A stretch of DNA of 64,000 nucleotides from Methanotrichaceae archaeon. GTDB lineage: Archaea; Halobacteriota; Methanosarcinia; Methanotrichales; Methanotrichaceae. The stretch spans positions 32,001 through 96,000 of the forward strand of contig CAVVKN010000012.1 in NCBI GenBank assembly GCA_963748825.1, read 5' to 3'. The notes beneath the pieces were generated by a model that was given only the letters and a program-made list of their open reading frames with translations, was not told the origin of the DNA and did no database searches. The position numbers and the translations under genes were made by a program. This document shows positions 1 through 9,230 of this stretch, piece after piece (the stretch's first letter is position 1; the number at the start of each line of letters is the position of its first letter).

Positions 1-2
1 CT

Positions 3-1424
3 CTAGCTGCTAAGCTGCCTGCCTACCGTTGAATCCATAAGCGCCAAAAATTCCTCTTTTGCCTGTGGCGGGATAGTCGCCCCGGCAGCTACATTGTGCC
101 CCCCGCCCACGCCGCCCACCGCGCGCGCACAGCGCGACAAGGCATCGGCCAGGTCCAGACCCGATCTGACCAGATCCTGTGTGCCTCGCGCCGAGACTTT
201 TAGCTCCCCTTCCGCGGTCCGGGCAAAGGCCAGGATAGGCCGGGAGCGATCACCCATCTGAAAGCTCATGCCGGCTACGATGCCGACGATGGTGTCCAAA
301 ATGGCATCTCCGGCATCAAAGTACTGGATGCTCTTAAGGGAGGTGATGCCTTTCTCGCGGACGAGCTTCAGGCCGTTTACCAGATTCTGGCGGTGCTGGC
401 CCAGCAGCCTTTGCGCCTCGCTAAAGGCTTCGTCTCTGTCGCCCATGCATACTTGCAGCCCCACGTCGGCGTGACCGTAACGAGCGGTAGCATTGAGAAG
501 AGTCGAGTACTCGCTGGCGTCCCTCAGCTCCGTGCCCTCCTGTTCGCCTAAAAGGATGTAGACCTCTCCTATCAAGCGCTCCAGCTTGACATTGGTGATG
601 CCGCTTCTTAGGCCCTTGCGAAGAATGGCTGTGACAAAGCTGGCCTTCTCCTCCTGGGATAGATCGATCCAGCGTCGCCACTTCTCTCCGCCCAGGCGTA
701 TGCCGATCTCCTTGAGAAATGCGATGCAAGCGTCTTCATTTCCTGAAAGCCCGGGCAGGTACGGGTCCTGAGAGTACTCCAGCATCTTGTAGACCGGACG
801 GGTCTGTCTGCCGAAGAACTTGATGTCCCGGGAGAAGGAAACGGCCCCTGCATTGGATCCGATCTCCAGGATATGACGGTTGATGCCGACCAGCTGGCCG
901 CGTGCCATGTCCTGCAGATCTCCCACAGCCCCCACCACCGCTAAAGCTGCCAGATCATCATTGCTGCCAGGCGTAGATGCCAGCGCCCGGGCCAGGAGAA
1001 AAGAGGTTCCGCTGCCGCTGAGCTGTGTTGCCCCATCAGCGCCTACAAGATGGGGATTGATGTGGGCTATTGGACGGGCCTCACAAGCGGCAGGCTTGTG
1101 ATGATCGGCCACTACCGCAGAAATGTTGCGATCGCATATCTGCTGAATCATTCCGCTGCCAAGATCCGTGAATATGACCAGATCGGCACCGTGATCTGCA
1201 ACCTCGTTTATCGCCGCATCATCAAGCTGGCGGAAAAATTTGGGCTGAAAGTCCAAGCCGCACCTCTCCAGGGCGGTGCAGACTATAGCCGCTGCCGTGA
1301 GCCCATCCGCATCTACGTGAGAGACGACGAGAAGATTCTTTTTCGTCTTGATCTCCTTTGCAGGGCTCTTGCATAGCTCGCAAAGCTCGCGATACTTTCC
1401 GGCGATCTCCTGGTTGTCCTGCAT
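3..1424 (-). CDS. recJ: Archaeal RecJ-like DHH/DHHA1 phosphoesterase (ssDNA exonuclease family)
   Basis: Motifs SHVDADG, FTDLG, ADHH, GAVGD and C-terminal KVSARG...GGGHNVAAGA (DHHA1). Confidence 0.85.
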   Translation of the reverse strand: MQDNQEIAGKYRELCELCKSPAKEIKTKKNLLVVSHVDADGLTAAAIVCTALERCGLDFQPKFFRQLDDAAINEVADHGADLVIFTDLGSGMIQQICDRNISAVVADHHKPAACEARPIAHINPHLVGADGATQLSGSGTSFLLARALASTPGSNDDLAALAVVGAVGDLQDMARGQLVGINRHILEIGSNAGAVSFSRDIKFFGRQTRPVYKMLEYSQDPYLPGLSGNEDACIAFLKEIGIRLGGEKWRRWIDLSQEEKASFVTAILRKGLRSGITNVKLERLIGEVYILLGEQEGTELRDASEYSTLLNATARYGHADVGLQVCMGDRDEAFSEAQRLLGQHRQNLVNGLKLVREKGITSLKSIQYFDAGDAILDTIVGIVAGMSFQMGDRSRPILAFARTAEGELKVSARGTQDLVRSGLDLADALSRCARAVGGVGGGHNVAAGATIPPQAKEEFLALMDSTVGRQLSS

Positions 1425-1475
1425 ATCTATCGTAACTTTGATGGAGTGTTAATAAATCTTTGGCGCAAGGCGAAA

Positions 1476-1940
1476 CTAATCGGCTATCATTTGTACGCTA
1501 TCATTTTGCGGGGTAAGGTTTATTTTTGCGGCCCAGGTCGTCCCCAGCAGGCGGAAGCTTCCTGGGCTTTTAGTCATCTGAGGATAGTCGCGAATAGTAA
1601 TCTCGTGGGCGACAGGTATCTTCGTAAAGAGGAACTGGTCTTCGATGGAGACGTTCTCGGAGTTGTTGCTGACAAAAACATATTTGTTCATGACCTCGCC
1701 GCTTCCTCGCACTCTTCCGGTAGCCTGCGTGCTCTCATCCGATCCCATTTTAAAATCGGTCATTACTGTCCCGGTACCTACAACGTTATGGCTGTAATCA
1801 ATATCCATATTTGCAGAAGTGACATATGCTACAGCCATCAGCATCGTCAGAGCTAAAATCAGCAGAGCTAGAGGGAGCGGGGCGTAGTTGAGCTGAAGCG
1901 AAAAAGCGTTTCTTTTTTTCATGTTTTCATTGCCTGACAT
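1476..1940 (-). CDS. Hypothetical secreted protein
   Basis: 154 aa ORF; basic N-terminus then hydrophobic stretch (LPLALLILALTMLMAVA) resembling a signal peptide. Confidence 0.6.
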   Translation of the reverse strand: MSGNENMKKRNAFSLQLNYAPLPLALLILALTMLMAVAYVTSANMDIDYSHNVVGTGTVMTDFKMGSDESTQATGRVRGSGEVMNKYVFVSNNSENVSIEDQFLFTKIPVAHEITIRDYPQMTKSPGSFRLLGTTWAAKINLTPQNDSVQMIAD

Positions 1941-2141
1941 TTCTCATGCTTGGCCCGTTTTATGGCGAACCTGACTCATGCGGGCCTGTTTCATGCCTGC
2001 CTTATCTTTATCCTTATTTAAGTCTGCGGCAATATTGTTGCCCGCTTTCATGTTTCAGTATCAGGTTTCAGTTTCATTTCTGATATTGCAGCCAAACAAA
2101 AAGGCATTACTATATGGCCAAGAAAGATAACAAAGATCCTC

Positions 2142-2918
2142 ATGACAGCTCAAAATACCATGCCGCCATTCAGCCAGCTTGACATCGCACCCACGGCAGC
2201 TCTTATCCTGGGGCTGCAGCTTCCTAAGCCAGACGGCCGGCCGATTGATTCGGCAGTGGCCTGGGGCTGCAAAAACGTCGCGCTCATCATCATCGACAGC
2301 CTGGGCTATGATTTATTGAAGTGGCTCTTGCCCACAATGGAGAACATGAGAGCTCTAAGTATTGCTGGGCTGCTCTTGCGGGCCACGGCCGTCTCCAATC
2401 ACACCACCCCGGCCATCGCCAGCATCTTGAGCGGACTGTTGCCGGAGCACCACGGAATTTTGGATAAGGCCGGCGCAAAAGAGTCCCGCATCCTCAGCTT
2501 GCCGGAGATAGCAGCCGCGTCAGGCCTTAAGTGCGCGGTGATAATGGAGCAAAATGGTGCCGACGTTTACCAGGGTTTGATTGAGATTGTGCACGGCATA
2601 CTGGACAGTATTCCTCCGCAGGACTTCGATCGAGAGGCTTGCCGCATGACCTGCCAGGCCCTTTTAGAGGGGCCCAGGCTTCTCGTCTCCTACTTCATAG
2701 GAATTGATAAGAGCGTACATATGGGCAGGGGTTGGGAAGGTATTAGAGAAGCGGCTTTGCTTATTGATCGCTGTATAGGTGAGATAGTAAGGACGGCAAA
2801 CGACGAGACTTTATTCATCATCTGCGGAGACCATCCTATACACGCCGGGCCGCTAAAGAGAACCAGAGAGCCTTATTGCGTGGCTTTGATCCTGGCAAAA
2901 GGAAGTGCGCAGAAATGA
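2142..2918 (+). CDS. Alkaline-phosphatase-superfamily (nucleotide pyrophosphatase/phosphodiesterase-like) protein
   Basis: IIIDSLG metal-binding motif, T-x-PAIASILSGLLPEHHGI, GIDKSVH, CGDH. Confidence 0.75.
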   Translation: MTAQNTMPPFSQLDIAPTAALILGLQLPKPDGRPIDSAVAWGCKNVALIIIDSLGYDLLKWLLPTMENMRALSIAGLLLRATAVSNHTTPAIASILSGLLPEHHGILDKAGAKESRILSLPEIAAASGLKCAVIMEQNGADVYQGLIEIVHGILDSIPPQDFDREACRMTCQALLEGPRLLVSYFIGIDKSVHMGRGWEGIREAALLIDRCIGEIVRTANDETLFIICGDHPIHAGPLKRTREPYCVALILAKGSAQK

Positions 2919-2964
2919 GAATCTAACAGGCTTTCGATAAGTTTAAATGCCGAAAGCGGTTAAC

Positions 2965-3096
2965 ATGTGTTCGATGGATGAAGATCTCTCTGAGGTTTTT
3001 CAATTAATTGCCGAAGATGAACGCAAGCGCAGATATCTTAAGGAGGTCGGCGACTGGCTTGTAGAAGAATACTTTGAACTTCGTCAAGCATCTTGA
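2965..3096 (+). CDS. Small acidic protein (40-43 aa), absent from the ORF track
   Basis: Hand translation (MCS)MDEDLSEVFQLIAEDERKRRYLKEVGDWLVEEYFELRQAS*; TATA-like TTTAAA at 2942-2947 just upstream. Confidence 0.5.
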   Translation: MCSMDEDLSEVFQLIAEDERKRRYLKEVGDWLVEEYFELRQAS

Positions 3097-3523
3097 ATCA
3101 TTTACTTATTTCTTGGTTTTCCCTTTATTTCATAACTATGGTACTTAACTATAATTATTATGTGGCTTCGGGGTGGATTTCGCATTTATGAGCATGTTGT
3201 GCGGCAACTTCGCGCGCATTAATTCACAATGTTTTTTGAAAATAGGGTAGAATTTCGGGTAATTTTCCTAAATTTCAGCATCAGTAAGTCGTTGTGAAAT
3301 GGTTCACAAAGGCAAAATTTCCTCCGCGCATAATCGTAAGGCCTACTGATGGCTATTATTATGATAGTATTCGCCCGAAAATTCTTTTCACAACACATTA
3401 TAATTCGTTTTACCTGTCTTAAGCATACCCTGTGAAATACTATTCTGAATACTATTAGGGCTTTATTTCAAAAAATAACTTCAAATCTGAGTTTTAAGCT
3501 ATTAACCACAACTACCAACTATT

Positions 3524-3540
3524 GGAAAGGTTTATATATC
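3524..3540 (+). promoter_or_regulatory. Putative archaeal BRE/TATA element
   Basis: GGAAAGG followed by TTTATATA at the end of an AT-rich block. Confidence 0.35.
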
Positions 3541-4441
3541 CTAAATACCAGGTTAATATTGTGCCAAAACGGCCAGACAACCTGTCTGAATACATAGAGA
3601 CAGGATGACTAAAGAGGGCTTATTCGTCTGAGGGGATGGATGGACCTTGGCAATATATCGGCGCAGTAAGGGAAGTGTATCGGGTGGATAAATCTGATGT
3701 ATCAGCTCTATTTGATCCACACAATTGGGTGAAGAGCTTGATCGTCTGGAAAATGTTCGCCTTTGTGAAAGCATAACGTCACCGTAAGGGATGGCAAAGG
3801 GGTAGCAATGAAGGGGGAAATCGAAGCCTTGAATGGCATTTTCGATATCCAGAGAAATGCTTCACAGAAATATACTTTCTCGCATAGATGGCACAAGGGG
3901 TAGCGAAAGGGAGTTCGTATCGGATCTGGATACATGCATCTGTCTACATACTGTTCACTGTCGGAAAGGGACGACAAAATAGCTCAGGCCTGATGCAGAC
4001 AATGAATTCCTTGGCCGGTGAAATCCTCGTTGTTGGAAAGGGACGGCAATGAGGTTCAAAAGGGAACGGCTGAGACTGGATCGGATATGAATTGTTGGAG
4101 ACTTGGCTGTGAAAGCAATGTCTTTCACAACCTGCCTCAAATTGGGGATGGCACGAGAATAAGATTTGATCGGATCGGCTGGAATGGAATTCATATATTA
4201 TAAAGCTGGTCCGATCTGGAAAATAAGTGAGTAGTTGGCTATGAGGAGGGGAAAATTGTGAGAGGGCACATCAAATTATTTATGCTGCAGATGGACCTAG
4301 AGAGGTTCAGGCAGCCTAAAAATGCTGCAATGACAGAAAATGTCTGCTTTGGCACCTGCCGGGATGCAGCTTCCTCTATGCAGCGCATATACCTTCCTTC
4401 TTTGAAGATAGTGTCCGGAAGATGATTGGAGGGGGTTTAGA

Positions 4442-4909
4442 ATGAGGATCCGGATAGAGATAGAAGACAAGGGCCTTAAGTCCTCCCATGAATTTGAGTC
4501 GCAAAACATGGATGGAGAGGCTCTAAGAGACAGAATCGTTGGCTTTCTGTCGGCTTCCGGTATCTTTGAAGGCAGAGGAGAGAGCATTGCATCAGCCACA
4601 TCTGCTCGTGATTATAGCAGCGGAACGATCATGGACCGGCTGGAAAGCTTCATCCGACATGAGTTTACCAACACCTGGTTCACAACCCAGGAATTAAGAG
4701 AGCAATATGAGACCGTAGCCGATGATATAAAGCTCTCCACAGTCTCCACCTATCTATCTCGCATGAATCACGATGGTCTGCTGGATAAGAGAGGGAACAG
4801 AAACAACCGGCAGTACAGATTGATGGAGATCATCGAGCCGGAGATGGTATCGCAGCATAATTATCAACGTCAAACTAGCTATGAGAAAAAGAGAGTAGAA
4901 AGCAGATGA
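4442..4909 (+). CDS. Winged-helix DNA-binding protein
   Basis: WFTTQELREQYE...IKLSTVSTYLSRMNHDGLLDKRG...QYRL is a typical wHTH recognition helix plus wing. Confidence 0.7.
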   Translation: MRIRIEIEDKGLKSSHEFESQNMDGEALRDRIVGFLSASGIFEGRGESIASATSARDYSSGTIMDRLESFIRHEFTNTWFTTQELREQYETVADDIKLSTVSTYLSRMNHDGLLDKRGNRNNRQYRLMEIIEPEMVSQHNYQRQTSYEKKRVESR

Positions 4910-5090
4910 AGAAATGGCCAGACCGGAAAGCATCTAATGGATCTTTCCCACCACCTAGACATTCTTTGCCATAGATTTCCGGTCCGGCTCCTCTGCTTCA
5001 TAGCAGCCGTATTTTGCATAATTTTATGCAGACTGTTTTTATGCTGATTGCATTATACTGGAATACTGGATGTTATATGCACGACCTGAG

Positions 5091-8000
5091 CTAGGCTGTA
5101 CCGCTGAGGCGAGCCTGAGTTAGATTGATGGCATACCTGGCCAATGAATTCTCCGGATCGATCTCTAAGACTCCTTCAAAGGCGCGAAGAGCTTCTTGAT
5201 AGCTGTTTTTGGCCACCAATGTCAGGCCCCTGTTGTATTTGGCATCAGTATTTTGCGGCTGCAGCAAGGCCGCTTTCTCAAAGCTCTGCAAAGCCTCATC
5301 AAGCTTACCACTCTGGTTTTGCGCCAGTCCCAGTTCCAGCCAGGCGGCTGCATCCTGCGGGTTTAGCCTGGTCACATTCTGGAAAGCATCTGCCGATTGA
5401 CCGTAGCGGCCCAAAGAGTAGTACACCTGGCCCAGATTATACCAGACTTCCTCATGAGTGGAATCGGCCCGGCATGCCTTTTCCAGGTTCCTGGCAGCCT
5501 CATCGTACTGGCCAATAGAGGCCTGCAGGCTTCCCAGGTTGGACCAGGCAGCATAGTTTCCTGGATTTATGGATACAATCTCCTGGAAGCATTTTATGGC
5601 AAGAGAGCTGTTGCCAAGAGCCACCAGCGCCAGTCCCTTTCCCAGCAATGCATCGACATCCAGCGGATTTCGGCTCAGGGATTTGTCAAAGAGCGGCAGA
5701 GAACTGTTGTACTCCCCCTGGGCACAGAGAGCATTGCCCTGTCCACTGTAGCCGCGGGCGTTGCCCGTATCAAATGCTACAGCCTGCTCATAGTAGTGAA
5801 GAGCATCACTGTAGTTGCCATTTTCGTAAAGAGCATCGCCCATGCCCAGGAGAGACGCCACGTTTTGCGGCTGGATGGCAAGAGCCCGCTCGTAGCTTTG
5901 CAGGGCTAGATCAACATCCTTTCCGCAGAGCAGGGAATTGCCCCTGCCCGCCCAGGCGGCAGTGTTATTTTCATCCAGTGAAAGGGCTTCGTCATAAGAA
6001 TTCAGAGCGGATTTGCAGTCTGCCATTGCATATTGAATCCCGGCTTTTCCCAATAATGCGCGAATATTTAGCCGGTCGATTTCAAGAGCGTTCTCATAAA
6101 GTGGCAATGCCCTATCAAGGATGCCGTTTTGCAGGAAAGCATCTCCCCTGCCTAGCATCGCCCGCACATTGTCAGGCTCCAGAGCGAGGACGCGGCCATA
6201 GGCCAGCAAAGCACCGGTCAGATCGTTTTGCTCCAAGAGCACATCTCCTTTGCCCAGCAGTGCCGCAGTATTATCCGGTTCCCGGAGAAGAGCCTGCTCG
6301 TAGCATTGCAGGGCCTGTTCTCTCTCTCCTTGCTGATAGAGAGCCTCTCCTTTTCCCAATAGGGCGGGGACGCTTTCCGAATCCTGGGCCAGAGCACTGG
6401 CAAAGCTTTCCAGAGCAAAAGGATAATCATGCAGTGCCAGGAGGCAGTATCCAATGCCCAGCAATGCCCGAAGATCGTCAGGCTTTATCTTCAAGGCCTG
6501 ATCGTATGTCTGCAGGGAGGAGTTGTAGTCCTGCCTGGCATAAAGAGTCTCAGCCTTTCCCAGCATTGATGCAAGATCGCTGGAGTTGTGCAAAAGTGCT
6601 GCCTCGTAGGACTCTAAGGCCTGATCGTATTCCCGAAGAGCGAGGTGGGCATCGCCCATGCCCCGCAAGGCAGAATCATTTTCTTTTTCCAGCACTAATA
6701 CCAGGGAGAAGCATTGCACTGCCTCCCGGTACTTTGCCAATTGCAGCAATAGACTGCCTTTGTTAAGCAGAGTCTCTGTATTATTATCATCCAGCTTTAA
6801 TGCCTTGTCGTAGCTTCGCAGGGCGCTTTTATAGTCTTGCAGCTTCTCTTGCACCAGTGCCTTTTCATTCCACAGGGCGATATTCTCCGGGTCCAGACGC
6901 AGGGCAGAGTCGATGAATAGCCCGGACATTCTATATTTCCCCGTCATGGCCAGGATGCGCCCCTTTAATACCAGGGCGGGGAGGCTGGACTGATTTATCT
7001 TTAAAGCCTGATCCAGTGAATTGAGGGCCTCGGACTGCATTCCCATGCGGGAGAGAATCTGTCCTTTGAGCAGCCATGCCTCTGACTGGCTGGCATCAAG
7101 CTCAAGGGATTTGTTAATGTTCTCCAAAGCCAGAGAATACGAGCCGTTCCTGCTATGGTTTTCAGCCTGCTGCAAATAATGGGAGTAATCGGAGATCTCC
7201 GACTCTTTTTGCCGGGAAGCATTCTCCGATTCGGCCTCCTCCATCCTGGCGGCAAGTGCTGCCGATGCCTTCTCTTTTCCGGCCAGTGCGCCAGGGCCCT
7301 CAGGCAAAAGGACAAGGGCTGCATCGTAATTCTTGAGAGCCTCTGAGAAGAGACCATCGCACGAAAGCCGATCGGCCTTGACCGTCAGAGCCTTGACCCA
7401 ACCGGACACTGCCTCTGCGCTTTGGGGTGCAAGGCGAGAAGCCTCCTTAAAATTGTCAAGGGCACGGGAAATGTTCCCCCCGGCCAGCTCTTTTTCGCCC
7501 AGGCCCACCAGAGCCAGGGCCTTGCCATCTTTGGCCTGCTGATCAGATGAATTGCCGGCCAGAATTTCGTCATAGCTGGCCAGCCCCTCCTCAAATCTGC
7601 CCAGGCTGTTCAAAGCTGCTCCCTTTAGCTGCAGTGCCTGGATATTTTGCGGGTCAAGGGCTAGAGCATCATTGCTACCATTATAAGCCTCCTCGAATTT
7701 ACCTTCCTTCATCAAGGCCGAACTGTGAGCCAGCAGCACTCTAACCTGGCCCGCCTTGCCAGCATCGCTCCGGCCGTAAAGAGAGGCGTTCTTGAAACTT
7801 TGTAGGGCTTCATCGTAGCTTTCCAGGACAAGAGAAGCATTGGCCTTTCCCAACCAGGCCTCGGCAAGGCTGCCGTCCAAAGCCAGGGCCCGCTCGTAGC
7901 TCTGCGAAGCCTGCCCAAAATCCCCGGCCAGCTCTTTTACCCTGCCGTCCTCCAGCCAGAGCCGGGCATTTTTGGCATCTTTTCTGAGAGCATAGTCAAA

Positions 8001-8282
8001 GCACAGCTCGGCCATCTTGTACCGGCCCAGCCGGGAGAGGGCAGCGCCTTTGCCGCCCCAGGCCGATGAGTTCTCGGGATCAATCTTTATGGCACGATCA
8101 AAGCTGCCGATGGCCTGCTGAAAGCTGCCGTTTAAGAGAGATGCCTGACCCATCTCCAGCCAGTAGGCAGCACTATCTTGAGCTGCGGCAGACACTGGAA
8201 GGAATAGCAGCAGCATACAAGCCAGCATAGCGCAAGAACGCATCGGGGATGGGAAGGGAGAGGACTTTTGCAAAGCAATCAC
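5091..8282 (-). CDS. Secreted tetratricopeptide-repeat protein
   Basis: Signal peptide (LLLFLPVSAAA-Q) followed by more than 20 34-aa TPR units (A.W..KG..L..LG.Y..A...YD.AL..DP.N). Confidence 0.9.
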   Translation of the reverse strand: MIALQKSSPFPSPMRSCAMLACMLLLFLPVSAAAQDSAAYWLEMGQASLLNGSFQQAIGSFDRAIKIDPENSSAWGGKGAALSRLGRYKMAELCFDYALRKDAKNARLWLEDGRVKELAGDFGQASQSYERALALDGSLAEAWLGKANASLVLESYDEALQSFKNASLYGRSDAGKAGQVRVLLAHSSALMKEGKFEEAYNGSNDALALDPQNIQALQLKGAALNSLGRFEEGLASYDEILAGNSSDQQAKDGKALALVGLGEKELAGGNISRALDNFKEASRLAPQSAEAVSGWVKALTVKADRLSCDGLFSEALKNYDAALVLLPEGPGALAGKEKASAALAARMEEAESENASRQKESEISDYSHYLQQAENHSRNGSYSLALENINKSLELDASQSEAWLLKGQILSRMGMQSEALNSLDQALKINQSSLPALVLKGRILAMTGKYRMSGLFIDSALRLDPENIALWNEKALVQEKLQDYKSALRSYDKALKLDDNNTETLLNKGSLLLQLAKYREAVQCFSLVLVLEKENDSALRGMGDAHLALREYDQALESYEAALLHNSSDLASMLGKAETLYARQDYNSSLQTYDQALKIKPDDLRALLGIGYCLLALHDYPFALESFASALAQDSESVPALLGKGEALYQQGEREQALQCYEQALLREPDNTAALLGKGDVLLEQNDLTGALLAYGRVLALEPDNVRAMLGRGDAFLQNGILDRALPLYENALEIDRLNIRALLGKAGIQYAMADCKSALNSYDEALSLDENNTAAWAGRGNSLLCGKDVDLALQSYERALAIQPQNVASLLGMGDALYENGNYSDALHYYEQAVAFDTGNARGYSGQGNALCAQGEYNSSLPLFDKSLSRNPLDVDALLGKGLALVALGNSSLAIKCFQEIVSINPGNYAAWSNLGSLQASIGQYDEAARNLEKACRADSTHEEVWYNLGQVYYSLGRYGQSADAFQNVTRLNPQDAAAWLELGLAQNQSGKLDEALQSFEKAALLQPQNTDAKYNRGLTLVAKNSYQEALRAFEGVLEIDPENSLARYAINLTQARLSGTA

Positions 8283-8476
8283 TGTTCTAGAGAGAATTGC
8301 AGATGGGATATATTACCAGCGCCTTTATTCATTCCCAGCGCATCTTTAGAATCGGATGCAACCAGCCATCAGGCCAGAGAAGTGCCGTGCCCGCCCGCGC
8401 TCGGGACGCGAGAGCACGCCCGCCAGGAAGGGCACCGGCATCCCAACTTTTTTGGGCTTTGTTTGACTGCATCCTA

Positions 8477-8869
8477 TCATAATAATATTACCTCGACGGG
8501 ATCGCCTTCTTCCAGCCCCAAAGCCTGGCGCAGTTGCACGGGCGCTATGACCTCGATCAATTCCGACGGATAGCGGCTCCGCTCGGGCCGGACCACAGCG
8601 GCATCGATACCGTTCAGCTTGATGCGGTAGCATTTGCACTCGCCAAAGCTCTTGCCCTCCTCCGCGAAGCCCTCGATTTTGATCGCCTGGCTAGCTCCAG
8701 CCGGGAAAGGCTCATCGAGCAGCACGTTCAGGGTGCCGGGGAAGGGGACAAAGCCCAGATGCTGCAAAAACTGGCGGCTGTAGCCTTCTCGGGAGATGAA
8801 GTACTGGCCCTGCCCAAGACCTGACGCAATTTTTCCGCGCATGATTTTGACCTTCTTGCTCTCAAACAT
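8477..8869 (-). CDS. ribK: CTP-dependent riboflavin kinase (stand-alone, no HTH)
   Basis: GKIASGLGQGQYF, LGFVPFPGTLNV, ELIEVIAPVQLRQALGLEEGD motifs. Confidence 0.9.
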   Translation of the reverse strand: MFESKKVKIMRGKIASGLGQGQYFISREGYSRQFLQHLGFVPFPGTLNVLLDEPFPAGASQAIKIEGFAEEGKSFGECKCYRIKLNGIDAAVVRPERSRYPSELIEVIAPVQLRQALGLEEGDPVEVILL

Positions 8870-9072
8870 CAAGCATCTTCGATTGGAACTCCTTTTCCAA
8901 GATCACGCAGCGTTTCAATATAGACATCGATAGCCTCTTCAGCCATCAGAACAGCTTCTTTTGCATTCTTTCCGAAGGTATTGCATCCCGGAAGCGAAGG
9001 TACCGAAGCGATATAAACGCCCTCTTCAGGGTATTTTTCTATTATTATGCGATATTTCGGGGGCATCATCAA
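8869..9072 (-). CDS. hicB: HicB-family antitoxin (short form, no hicA partner seen)
   Basis: YIASVPSLPGCNTFG...EAVLMAEEAIDVYIETL..GKGVP. Confidence 0.85.
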   Translation of the reverse strand: MMMPPKYRIIIEKYPEEGVYIASVPSLPGCNTFGKNAKEAVLMAEEAIDVYIETLRDLGKGVPIEDA

Positions 9073-9104
9073 TCCATCTATTGAAAGATCTTTTATTTCT
9101 TCAT

Positions 9105-9230
9105 CTCAAATGTGGAGTTGGAAATGAGCGATCATCGGCCAAGCTCTTCTTCAAGAGTTCGGAGATCCTTTTCTGCATCATTGGCCGAGTAGTCGAGAGG
9201 CACTCCCCTCTCGCTGAGCAGCATCAGCAT
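9105..9230 (-). pseudogene. Remnant of a UPF0175 antitoxin C-terminus plus the first codons of a DUF3368-like PIN toxin
   Basis: 9230-9132 reads [32 protein letters not shown]; its stop overlaps ATG ATC GCT c ATT TCC AAC TCC ACA (MI-x-ISNST with a 1-nt insertion). Confidence 0.5.

Noticed and set aside
1942-2003. Degenerate ~15-bp repeats containing TCATG
   Set aside because: Only about four poorly conserved copies; no function can be supported
3100-3550. AT-rich block as a replication origin
   Set aside because: No ORB-like GTTCCAGTGGAAAC/G-string repeats seen and no orc1/cdc6 gene nearby
3553-4300. Short ORFs, or RNase P/SRP RNA, in the long intergenic region
   Set aside because: No recognisable protein motifs, and I did not find the conserved RNase P or SRP sequence signatures
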